A stretch of 12,393 nucleotides of DNA from Chlamydiota bacterium (GTDB lineage Bacteria; Chlamydiota; Chlamydiia; Chlamydiales; SM23-39), in assembly GCA_050049995.1 (NCBI GenBank), contig JASFVE010000057.1, positions 1 to 12,393 of the forward strand, in the 5' to 3' direction. Positions within the stretch are counted from its first letter, which is position 1; every line of letters begins with the position of its first letter. Both the position numbers and the translations under genes were made by a program. Shown one piece after another: positions 1 through 7,660 of this stretch. The notes beneath the pieces are model-generated. The model was not told the origin of the DNA, ran no database searches, and worked only from the letters and a program-made list of their open reading frames with translations.

Positions 1-791
1 CCAATTGCCTGTGAAGCTACTGGGTTATTTTCTAACTGATTTTTAATAGAAGTTACTTCCTCCACAAATCCATCTTTAATCATTTGATCACAACGATAGT
101 TAATCCGATCGTATAAGATTTCTTTAGGGTAATAAATAAACCAACATCGAAAATCGTATTTTCCAACCTTATACGGCATAGCTTTGGGTAAGTCACTTAC
201 CTTTTTTTTAGAAATTTTTATAATTTCAAGAGCTCGGACAATTTTGTGCTTATCTTTTTCAGTAATTGTGGCAGCATATTTAGGGTCGAGCATCTGAAGT
301 TTTTCATAAAGGGCTTCAGCTCCATGCTTACGCAAACTAAGCTCTAGCTCTTGTCTAACATTGGGATCGGAAGGTGGACCTTTTGGCGGACCATATAAAA
401 GAGCATGAATATAAAACCCCGTACCTCCAACAATAATAGGAACATTTCCCCTTTCTAAAATTTCTTTGCATGCTTGAATAGCTACATTATAAAACTGTAC
501 GACATTAAATGAGTCTTGAAGAGTACAAATGTCAATTAAATGATGAGGAATTTCTTGCCTTATTTCCCTTGACACTTTAGCTGTCCCAATATCCATTTTT
601 TGATAGACTTGCATAGAATCTGCAGAAATTATTTCTCCACCAATAATTTTTGCTAAATCAAGGGAAAGCTTTGTTTTTCCTGATGCTGTGGGACCTGAGA
701 TGACAATAATTCGCTTTTTGTTGTTCAAAGGCTCGTAAGCATCTGATAAAATAGGGTGAATCTCAGCATGCTCAATTTGGTTAAATGACAT
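1..791 (-). CDS. miaA: tRNA dimethylallyltransferase (tRNA isopentenyltransferase), 3'-truncated by the window edge
   Basis: Manually translated, not in the ORF track. ATG at 791 gives MSFNQIEHAEIHPILSDAYEPLNNKKRIIVISGPTASGKT...GEIISADSMQVYQKMDIGTAK...PHHLID...VGGTGFY...QAIG. P-loop GPTASGKT, DSMQVY, DIGTAK and VGGTGFY are MiaA signatures. The start overlaps the rsbV stop (TAATG). Confidence 0.97.
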   Translation of the reverse strand, partial: MSFNQIEHAEIHPILSDAYEPLNNKKRIIVISGPTASGKTKLSLDLAKIIGGEIISADSMQVYQKMDIGTAKVSREIRQEIPHHLIDICTLQDSFNVVQFYNVAIQACKEILERGNVPIIVGGTGFYIHALLYGPPKGPPSDPNVRQELELSLRKHGAEALYEKLQMLDPKYAATITEKDKHKIVRALEIIKISKKKVSDLPKAMPYKVGKYDFRCWFIYYPKEILYDRINYRCDQMIKDGFVEEVTSIKNQLENNPVASQAI

Positions 792-1135
792 TAGAATGAT
801 TGCAGTGCTTCTTGCTCATTAGTACAAATAGTAAGGATACGTTGAAAGCCAGCTAGTTTTATGATTTCCATTACTTCATCAGGGATAGAAAATAATACTA
901 ATTTTCCCTCATGGCTTTTTAACTTCTTAGTAGCAGCAAGTAAAAGCCTCAGCCCTGCACTACTTAAATAATCTACTCTTGCAAAATCAATCATAATCTG
1001 GAATCGACTATCATCAATTAAAGCGTTGAGCTTCTTTTCTAGAATGGGAGCTGAAGGAGCATCTAAACGCCCTTCAATTTTCATAAGCACTATACCCTCA
1101 ATCTCTTCTATTTGTACATTTAACCCAATAGCCAT
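791..1135 (-). CDS. rsbV: STAS-domain anti-sigma factor antagonist (RsbV/SpoIIAA family; positional equivalent of chlamydial RsbV2)
   Basis: 114 aa with GRLDA and IDFARVDYLSSAGLRLLL (conserved phosphoacceptor Ser). GAGGA Shine-Dalgarno upstream at 1142-1146. Adjacent to miaA as in Chlamydia. Confidence 0.93.
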   Translation of the reverse strand: MAIGLNVQIEEIEGIVLMKIEGRLDAPSAPILEKKLNALIDDSRFQIMIDFARVDYLSSAGLRLLLAATKKLKSHEGKLVLFSIPDEVMEIIKLAGFQRILTICTNEQEALQSF

Positions 1136-1268
1136 AACATATCCTCGTCGCTTCTGGAACTTACCTTATTCAGAGTACTTCAAGCTTTACTTTTTTTCTA
1201 CTATCTTTTACCAAGCATTTATTCATTAGAGACTTAAAAAGCTAATATCTTAATAAATAAAAAAAAGG

Positions 1269-1274
1269 TACAAT
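1269..1274 (+). promoter_or_regulatory. possible sigma66/sigma70-type -10 element (TACAAT) for the 231-aa ORF
   Basis: TACAAT preceded by an A-tract in the divergent intergenic region. No convincing -35 at 17 bp (TATCTT). Confidence 0.25.
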
Positions 1275-1342
1275 TAAATTAGAGATGTAAAGTTAGTTAA
1301 TTAAGAGCGGGATGCTATGGATTACTAATGTGAGAGTACACC

Positions 1343-2038
1343 ATGGCAAGTTTTGGAGATAACAAAGTTCCTCCACCACAAACTCCTGTAAGGCCTCAGT
1401 TTGAGCAGGTTGAAAGTCAATTTCAAGCTCAAAGGTCTATTCGCTCCCAAAAGATCGAAGATCGCATTGAAGAGCTGGAGGAGTTTTTATTAAAAGCTTC
1501 TCAAGTTTTAGTAAAATCCACTCAAGATACTAAAAATCTGAAAGATACATTTAGTCTAGATGATACTTTTACTTTATTGACAAACCTGAGAAATATTATT
1601 CAATTTGGCCTTCTAAAAGCAGATGAGGAAGATCAGCTAATTTCTGACCTTACCACATTAAAAGAACAGCTTGATGGAGGAGCTATGAAAGTAGGAGCCT
1701 CTTCAGAGTTCCTACATCAAATAATGAGCCATTTAGAAGAAAATGATCCTAAGGTAAAGGTTTTAAACTTAATTCAAGAGTTTAAAGAGCACCTCCATTA
1801 TTTACCTATGAAAAATCTAGCTGATTATTCTCACATGGAAGAAACGGAATTTAATGAATTAATGGCGCCCATTTATTCTTTTTTAAGAAATGACCTCACT
1901 AAATTCCAATCAGAAACTTTAGCGAAAAAGCTAGAAGGAATTTATATACCCTTTGAAAATAGTCCGAAGGAAAATTTGTCACTTACTATCGAACAAATCA
2001 AGCAGATTGCTGCAGATATTACAAAAGGATCGCTTTAG
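1343..2038 (+). CDS. hypothetical all-alpha-helical protein; candidate type III secreted effector
   Basis: 231-aa ORF exactly filling the gap between rsbV and cutA. Pro/Gln-rich N-terminus, then acidic amphipathic helices; no Cys or Trp, no transmembrane segment, no family motif I recognise. Coding status is well supported; function is inference. Confidence 0.8.
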   Translation: MASFGDNKVPPPQTPVRPQFEQVESQFQAQRSIRSQKIEDRIEELEEFLLKASQVLVKSTQDTKNLKDTFSLDDTFTLLTNLRNIIQFGLLKADEEDQLISDLTTLKEQLDGGAMKVGASSEFLHQIMSHLEENDPKVKVLNLIQEFKEHLHYLPMKNLADYSHMEETEFNELMAPIYSFLRNDLTKFQSETLAKKLEGIYIPFENSPKENLSLTIEQIKQIAADITKGSL

Positions 2039-2352
2039 ATAGTTATTTCTTTTACCCATTTTAAATAGGGTGGATTTCCTGATTCTATCGGAATTTGCAG
2101 TATTTCAGATACTTCGTAGCTAGAATGTTGTTGAATAAAAGCTTGTACTTCTGAATAACGCTTAGATGTCGTTTTAATAAAAACCTTAACTTCCTCTTCA
2201 ATTTGAATATCTTCATCCCAATAAAACATGGAAGTTGCATTAGGCAAAAAGCTAGCACATGCAATCCATTTCTTTTGTAAAAGGCTCTTACATATTTCTT
2301 TCGCCTCATTTACATCTTTACATGTCCAAAAAATTACGCAAAATTCATTCAT
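2035..2352 (-). CDS. cutA: divalent-cation tolerance protein CutA (PII-like fold)
   Basis: Motifs IACASFLP, SMFYW..I..EEE...IKT and SYEVSEI. Start moved from TTG 2370 to ATG 2352 (MNEFCVIFWTC), which gives a typical 105 aa and overlaps the ftsQ stop (ATGAATGA). Confidence 0.92.
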   Translation of the reverse strand: MNEFCVIFWTCKDVNEAKEICKSLLQKKWIACASFLPNATSMFYWDEDIQIEEEVKVFIKTTSKRYSEVQAFIQQHSSYEVSEILQIPIESGNPPYLKWVKEITI

Positions 2353-3265
2353 TTTCTTTGATAAAAGCAAGTTGAGGTATTCTAAAATCTAACAATTTAG
2401 GCTTGCATCTAATAACATCCGGCATATCTTGTGTCAAATGTATTTGAAGTCGATAGTCATTTCTCATTTTTTGTGATAACACCAAAAAGTTAGAAAGTTG
2501 CTGATGATATTGTTTAACATTTAATCTCAAATATTTTGGCAAAATAAAAGTAGATGTTAATTCTTTTTGAGTGATTTCTAAGTGTTCATCAAGTGAAATT
2601 ACGACTTCCCTCTGCCCAAAGCTGGGTGAGAAACTTTTAGACACATCAATTTTTTTTAAGGTAAATCTATCTACAAATTCTTTTTCATTTAATAATGACA
2701 AAATCTTTTTTGCCAATGCAAAGTGCTTACATTGTATAGCTTTTTTATAAGAGCCCCCCTCTCTTTGCTGCTCATCTAAAGGATCATTAAATGGGGGTAG
2801 GCCGAGATAAAGCTCTACGAGATTTTCAACTTGATAAAAAGGCTCTATAGGAAATACATATCCATCTTCATCTATGGCCACATTTTCATAATCTATTAAA
2901 AGGGCTATAGGAGATCTTTTAGTATAATCCACATACACTGCATTTGGTCTTACTTTTTTAACTTTAGCCTCTTTAATAAAAGGAGACCTCAATAGATTTT
3001 CTTCTGCCCTCCTTTCATTAAAGGCATAGTAGTTCGTTTTTCTGTCCAAGGAAAGATGCATGAGCTCAGCTAAGTATTGAGAAGGAAGAGCTTCTTTTTC
3101 AGGTCCCGTCTGAATGATAGCAGCAATTCGAAGGGTATGGTCTTTAAGTTGTTTTTTTCTCCAGCTTAACACACCAAAAAAAATAGAAAAGCTAGAACCA
3201 GAAACAATAACGGTAGAAATTAAAATCCATAAAAGGGATTGTTTTACTGTTAGGTTTTTTGACAT
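2345..3265 (-). CDS. ftsQ: cell division protein FtsQ/DivIB-like (divergent chlamydial type)
   Basis: Single N-terminal TM helix, POTRA-like segment (AEENLLRSPFIKEAKVKKVRPNAVYVDYTKRSPIA), C-terminal LLDFR resembling the FtsQ DLR motif, and canonical position directly after ddl. Confidence 0.8.
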   Translation of the reverse strand: MSKNLTVKQSLLWILISTVIVSGSSFSIFFGVLSWRKKQLKDHTLRIAAIIQTGPEKEALPSQYLAELMHLSLDRKTNYYAFNERRAEENLLRSPFIKEAKVKKVRPNAVYVDYTKRSPIALLIDYENVAIDEDGYVFPIEPFYQVENLVELYLGLPPFNDPLDEQQREGGSYKKAIQCKHFALAKKILSLLNEKEFVDRFTLKKIDVSKSFSPSFGQREVVISLDEHLEITQKELTSTFILPKYLRLNVKQYHQQLSNFLVLSQKMRNDYRLQIHLTQDMPDVIRCKPKLLDFRIPQLAFIKENE

Positions 3266-5523
3266 GCCCTCGCTCTTTGAAGCCCTAAAATTATAAGAAT
3301 ATCAATGAATTGTTTTTCTGAGATCCCTTTTGCTTTTATCATGGGGAAAAATGCACTCAAAGGTGTAAACCCAGGCATTGGGTTGATTTCATTAAAAATG
3401 TATTTTTCTTCTTTAGTCAGAAAAAAGTCAATTCTAGATAAACCGGAACATTTTAAACTCCGGTAAACTAGTTTAGCTAATTGTTTGCCTTCTGCAAGAG
3501 CTTTTTCTGAAATTTCTGCAGGAACCTTAGTTAAATTTTTTTCATATTTATCTTTATAAGAATAAAAATCCTCTTTTAGTATTTCTGCGGGAACGCCAAC
3601 ATGAATTATTTCATTTCCCCACACAGCAAACTCTATTTGCCTGCCACAAACTTCCTGCTCTAAGATTAATGAGGAATCCATCTGCAATATATCATCAATA
3701 GCTGTCTCTATATCTTCTTTTTTTTCACACTTTTTTAACCCAATGGAAGAGCCCATATGAGAGCCTTTGACATACAAAGGAAAACAAGCAAATTGATAAC
3801 ATTTTTTTAAACAAAAACCTCTATTATTAGACCACATTTCTTTAGTAATTTCTAGATCGGGTGCTGTATTTACTCCATTTTTTTGGACGATACATTTTGA
3901 CCATCCTTTATCCATGCATACAACAGAGGAGTTATAGTCGCAGCCACAGAAAGGTATTTGCAGGGCTTCTAAAAACCCCTGTATCATTCCATCTTCTCCC
4001 CTGGATCCATGCAATACCGGAAGGCAAATATCTAGATCTCGTAAATCCTTGATTTGTCTTTGGTGTATTTTACCATCTTTTTCAATTTTAATATTTGTTA
4101 ATGAGTAAATGCTTTTATCTATGTTTTCTTGAAAAAATTTTGCTGATGAGCAGGAAACATCATGTTCTAAGGAACTTCCACCAAAAATTAATCCAACTTT
4201 CAACTGCTTTACTTGGGTGGCATCCTGATAAAAAAAGGTTCTAGCTATAGTATCAATACTTCCCGCTCCTAAAAATAAAATAATATCGTGAGGGCGAATC
4301 ACTTTTAAAAGAGCGCAGGTCAGATCCTTTTCTGAAACAGAAATTTTATTTTTATGAGCAACATTTTCAAAAAGTTTTTTAGAAGAAAAACCGTTGTCTT
4401 GTTCTCCTGCAGAATATGTATCTGTAAGAATAAAAACATCTGCTTTTTGAAAGGCATTTATAAATTGTTCAAATAGGTCTTTTGTTCGACTGAACCTATG
4501 AGGCTGAAAAATAACAACAAGCCTTTTTTCTGAAAATTGTTTTTTAAAGCTATTTATAGTAGCTGAAATTTCTGTAGGATGGTGGGCATAGTCGGTAAAA
4601 TATTTTACCGCTTTCACCTCTCCTAACAATTCGGACCTTCTTTGAACTCCTTTAAAACTTTTAAAGGCATTGCGAATATCTTTTTCCTCAACAAAAATAC
4701 TTAAAGCAACTCCAAATACTACTAGAGCATTTAATACGTGATGTTTCCCTACTAAAGGAAGAAAAATATTTTCATACACTTTGTCTTGGAGATGTACGTC
4801 AAAATAGGACCCTTCCTCATTTGAAGAAAGATTACATGCTCTTATATCGGCATCTATGGAAAAACCATAACTGGTTCCTTGTAAATGTAACTTTTGTAGC
4901 TCCTTATCATCTTTACACCAAAAGAGTTTGCCAGCCTTATTGGAAAAAGATAAAAAACCTTTTTGTAATTGAGAAAAGTCTTTCCAATAATGCAGGTGTT
5001 CTTTTTCTAAGTTTGTCACAATAGCATAGTCACAAGGATGTTTTAAAAAAGAACCATCACTTTCGTCTGCTTCAGCAACGAAAATATTTCCTGAGCCATG
5101 CTTGCCATTTGTAGTATAGTTACTGAGGATTCCCCCAATTGCAAAAGATGGATTTAACTGTGCCGATATTAAGACATGTGAAAGAAGAGCTGAAGTAGAG
5201 GTCTTTCCATGGGTACCGGCTACTAAAAAGCTTTTTTTTCCCTGTATTAATTGCGATAGCAAGTCTGATCTATGCATCAGAGGATAGTTTCTTTTTTTTG
5301 CCTCTAAAAAAATAGGATGATCTTTAGGTATTGCCGAAGAGTAAATAACAGTTGACTCTTTAGCAGGAAGCTCAGGCAAAAAAGAGACTCCTTGCTTTTC
5401 TAAAGAGGTAATTAGCTCTGTTTTGTTTTGATCAAAACCAGCTACTTTGCAGTTTCTTTCATGAAGGATTTTCGCTAAGGCGCTCATACCAATGCCCCCT
5501 AAGCCTAAAAAATAGTACTGCAT
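3250..5523 (-). CDS. murC/ddl: bifunctional UDP-N-acetylmuramate--L-alanine ligase / D-alanine--D-alanine ligase fusion
   Basis: MurC part: GLGGIGMSALA, GTHGKTSTS, EADESDGSF, DYAHHPTEI, FQPHRFSRT. Ddl part (about 4203-3250): FGGSSLEHDVS, LHGSRGEDG, MDK, GSSIG, FYSYKDKY, RIDFF, NEINPMPG. One continuous 757-aa frame. Confidence 0.97.
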   Translation of the reverse strand: MQYYFLGLGGIGMSALAKILHERNCKVAGFDQNKTELITSLEKQGVSFLPELPAKESTVIYSSAIPKDHPIFLEAKKRNYPLMHRSDLLSQLIQGKKSFLVAGTHGKTSTSALLSHVLISAQLNPSFAIGGILSNYTTNGKHGSGNIFVAEADESDGSFLKHPCDYAIVTNLEKEHLHYWKDFSQLQKGFLSFSNKAGKLFWCKDDKELQKLHLQGTSYGFSIDADIRACNLSSNEEGSYFDVHLQDKVYENIFLPLVGKHHVLNALVVFGVALSIFVEEKDIRNAFKSFKGVQRRSELLGEVKAVKYFTDYAHHPTEISATINSFKKQFSEKRLVVIFQPHRFSRTKDLFEQFINAFQKADVFILTDTYSAGEQDNGFSSKKLFENVAHKNKISVSEKDLTCALLKVIRPHDIILFLGAGSIDTIARTFFYQDATQVKQLKVGLIFGGSSLEHDVSCSSAKFFQENIDKSIYSLTNIKIEKDGKIHQRQIKDLRDLDICLPVLHGSRGEDGMIQGFLEALQIPFCGCDYNSSVVCMDKGWSKCIVQKNGVNTAPDLEITKEMWSNNRGFCLKKCYQFACFPLYVKGSHMGSSIGLKKCEKKEDIETAIDDILQMDSSLILEQEVCGRQIEFAVWGNEIIHVGVPAEILKEDFYSYKDKYEKNLTKVPAEISEKALAEGKQLAKLVYRSLKCSGLSRIDFFLTKEEKYIFNEINPMPGFTPLSAFFPMIKAKGISEKQFIDILIILGLQRARACQKT

Positions 5524-5528
5524 TTATG

Positions 5529-6575
5529 TTACCTTTCTAGAAGTTGTAAAAAACTAGGCCTATTTTTTTCTTTTGTGTAAAAAGAAACAATATTTGCTTG
5601 CATAATTTTTAGCTGCTGGCAGTTATATTGCATAAATAAATCTATTTTTTCGCAGAGTTTATCAGATGTTACCTCATGTTGCTCCATCATAATTCCTCCT
5701 TTAATAATTTCCGCAAAGTAAGCGCCATTTTTATGTTGATGCCGATCTGTAGCAAATGGGTAAGGAATAAGAATGGAAGGTTTTTGAAAGCAAATTAACT
5801 CCCCTATAGTTGATGCTCCCGACCTACAAATTACTAAATCGGCTAACTGTAGAGTCTTCAAAAAATTGTGCTCAAAAGGCTTTACCTCATTTTCAATACC
5901 TAAACTGTCGTAAAATTTAGCTAGCTGAGCATGATCTATGCTTTTTCCAGTGATATGAATAACTTTAAAATTGCGTTTTTTTTCCTTTAATAGTCTGGCT
6001 GCTTTAGGAAACTTTTCATTAATAAATTTAGCTCCTTGGGATCCTCCAAAAACCAGAACTGTAAATATCTTAGACTCTTGCTTTACCTCAGAAAAATTTT
6101 TCCAAGGAAGGAACTGTACTAACTCAGTTACTTTACAATTGCTTTTTTCAATATTTGGAAATTGGCAAGCGATATATTTTGCTTTTTTACTAAATAATCG
6201 ATTAACAACTCCACATACTTTATTTGACTCGTATAATACGAATTTTTTTTTCAAGATTAAAGCTGCTAAAAGAATGGGAAAAGTATGAAAACTTCCAAAC
6301 CCAACAATGGTATCAGGTTTTATCTTCCAAATATGAAAAAGGCTTTGCAGTACCCCTTTAGCAATTTTGCAACAGCTGACACACAGCTTAAAAGGATTTT
6401 TACTTCTGATCGATGAAGTTGATATTTCATAAAAAGGAGCATCTTTTAACGAGAAAAATTTACCTTTTCTACCTAAGTAGGTAACTTGATGTTTTTTTTG
6501 TATGAGAGATTCACCAAGGTGTTCGGCTGGTATAACATGACCACCTGTGCCCCCTACTGCAATGACAATCTTCAC
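5529..6575 (-). CDS. murG: undecaprenyl-PP-MurNAc-pentapeptide GlcNAc transferase
   Basis: GGTGGHVIPA, GFGSFH, ESN, FGGSQGA, RSGASTIGE, HQxxN. GTG start overlaps the ftsW stop (GTGA). Confidence 0.97.
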   Translation of the reverse strand: MKIVIAVGGTGGHVIPAEHLGESLIQKKHQVTYLGRKGKFFSLKDAPFYEISTSSIRSKNPFKLCVSCCKIAKGVLQSLFHIWKIKPDTIVGFGSFHTFPILLAALILKKKFVLYESNKVCGVVNRLFSKKAKYIACQFPNIEKSNCKVTELVQFLPWKNFSEVKQESKIFTVLVFGGSQGAKFINEKFPKAARLLKEKKRNFKVIHITGKSIDHAQLAKFYDSLGIENEVKPFEHNFLKTLQLADLVICRSGASTIGELICFQKPSILIPYPFATDRHQHKNGAYFAEIIKGGIMMEQHEVTSDKLCEKIDLFMQYNCQQLKIMQANIVSFYTKEKNRPSFLQLLER

Positions 6576-7660
6576 GCTTTTTTCTTCTTTTTACTAACAC
6601 TTAACAGTATGCCAACTGCTAAAATATTTGAAATTAAAGAACTCCCCCCTTGCGAAAAGAAAGGAAGGGTCGTGCCTTTGCTTGGCAACAAGCCTGAAAC
6701 AACTCCTAAGTTTAAGAAGGCTTGAAAAGTGATTAGAAAGGTGATAATGCTCGCTATCAAAAAGGCCTCTTTGTCTTTTGACTTCATTGCGATAAAAAAA
6801 CCTAAAAAGGCAATCAAGGTATAAATACCTATCATAGCCATTACTCCAATAAACCCAAACTCTTCTGCATAGATGGCCGCAATATAGTCACTTCTGGCCT
6901 CAGGAAGATAATTCAACTTTTGAAGTGAACCTCCTAATCCTTTTCCCATTAGCCCACCTGAACCCGCTGCAATTTTAGCTTGATAAGGCTGATGTCCTTT
7001 TCCTCTTAAGTCCAACTCAGGATGCAAGTATACTTGAATCCTAGATCTAACATGCGGCATTTTAAAAGCTAAAGTTCCCCCAACTAAACTTACGGCAATT
7101 AAAGGAATGGCCCAGTAAATGACTCGAATTTTTGTTAAGAAAAACAAAACAACCAAAGTAAAACCAATGATTCCAGTTGTCCCATTATCCGGCTCTAAAA
7201 AAATCAAAACAATGGGAACGCCAAGTAAAACAAGAATCTGAAAAAATTTAGTAAAACCAATCTCTTTTTGGCGGATAGACCAATGAATAAAGCAAATAGG
7301 AATAAAGTACTTAGCAAGCTCAGAAGGCTGAAATGTGAATCCAAAAAAATTCAGCCACCTTTTAGCTCCATTCAGTTCAACTCCGATAGGTGGAATAAAT
7401 ACTAATGCTAATAACACTGTAATAATAAATAAAATAATATAACTGATTTTAGAGATATTCTTATAACCGATTTTATAAGCTAGAAAACCAAGAAAAATCC
7501 CAAAAAGGGCATAAATAATTTGTTTTAAAAAAGCGCTATAAGTAGCTGTATCTAAAGATCGGTCTAAAATTTCTGCTGAAGTAGTATTGAAAACCATCAA
7601 AAGACCAATAGAAAATAAGAAAGTAGTAGAAATAGAAAGCCACCAGCTACATTTTGTCAT
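6572..7660 (-). CDS. ftsW: SEDS-family peptidoglycan glycosyltransferase FtsW
   Basis: Multi-pass membrane protein with GAKRW, FQPSELAK, EPDNGT, LPEARSDYI, EEFG and PFFSQGGSS. Position directly upstream of murG favours FtsW over RodA. Confidence 0.95.
   Translation of the reverse strand: MTKCSWWLSISTTFLFSIGLLMVFNTTSAEILDRSLDTATYSAFLKQIIYALFGIFLGFLAYKIGYKNISKISYIILFIITVLLALVFIPPIGVELNGAKRWLNFFGFTFQPSELAKYFIPICFIHWSIRQKEIGFTKFFQILVLLGVPIVLIFLEPDNGTTGIIGFTLVVLFFLTKIRVIYWAIPLIAVSLVGGTLAFKMPHVRSRIQVYLHPELDLRGKGHQPYQAKIAAGSGGLMGKGLGGSLQKLNYLPEARSDYIAAIYAEEFGFIGVMAMIGIYTLIAFLGFFIAMKSKDKEAFLIASIITFLITFQAFLNLGVVSGLLPSKGTTLPFFSQGGSSLISNILAVGILLSVSKKKKKA

Noticed and set aside
716..791. ~25-aa N-terminal extension of MiaA
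   Set aside because: Chlamydial MiaA proteins commonly have a variable extension before the P-loop strand; not unusual for the group.
1026..1229. 67-aa plus-strand ORF
   Set aside because: Antisense to rsbV and its upstream region, TTG start, no RBS or motif; shadow ORF.
1288..1314. Possible sigma28 promoter (TAAAGTTA-N11-GCGGGATG) upstream of the 231-aa orphan
   Set aside because: The -35 matches well but the -10 is a poor match to GCCGATAA, and sigma28 presence in this organism is unknown.
2085..2309. 74-aa minus-strand ORF
   Set aside because: Entirely within cutA in another frame; no motifs.
2353..2370. TTG start for cutA given in the ORF track
   Set aside because: ATG at 2352 gives a typical CutA length and couples to the ftsQ stop.
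3544..3567. Ddl domain as a Van-type D-Ala-D-Lac resistance ligase
   Set aside because: The omega loop keeps Lys-Tyr, the context is housekeeping and there are no vanH/vanX genes.
3150..6251. Poly-A/T runs of 7-9 nt in coding regions as phase-variation or frameshift sites
   Set aside because: All frames are intact, the genes are housekeeping, and such runs are expected at this AT content.
3114..6725. Short plus-strand ORFs 3114-3296, 3861-4052, 4821-5024, 5971-6288 and 6486-6725
   Set aside because: All antisense to well-supported ftsQ, murC/ddl, murG or ftsW genes; no recognisable features.
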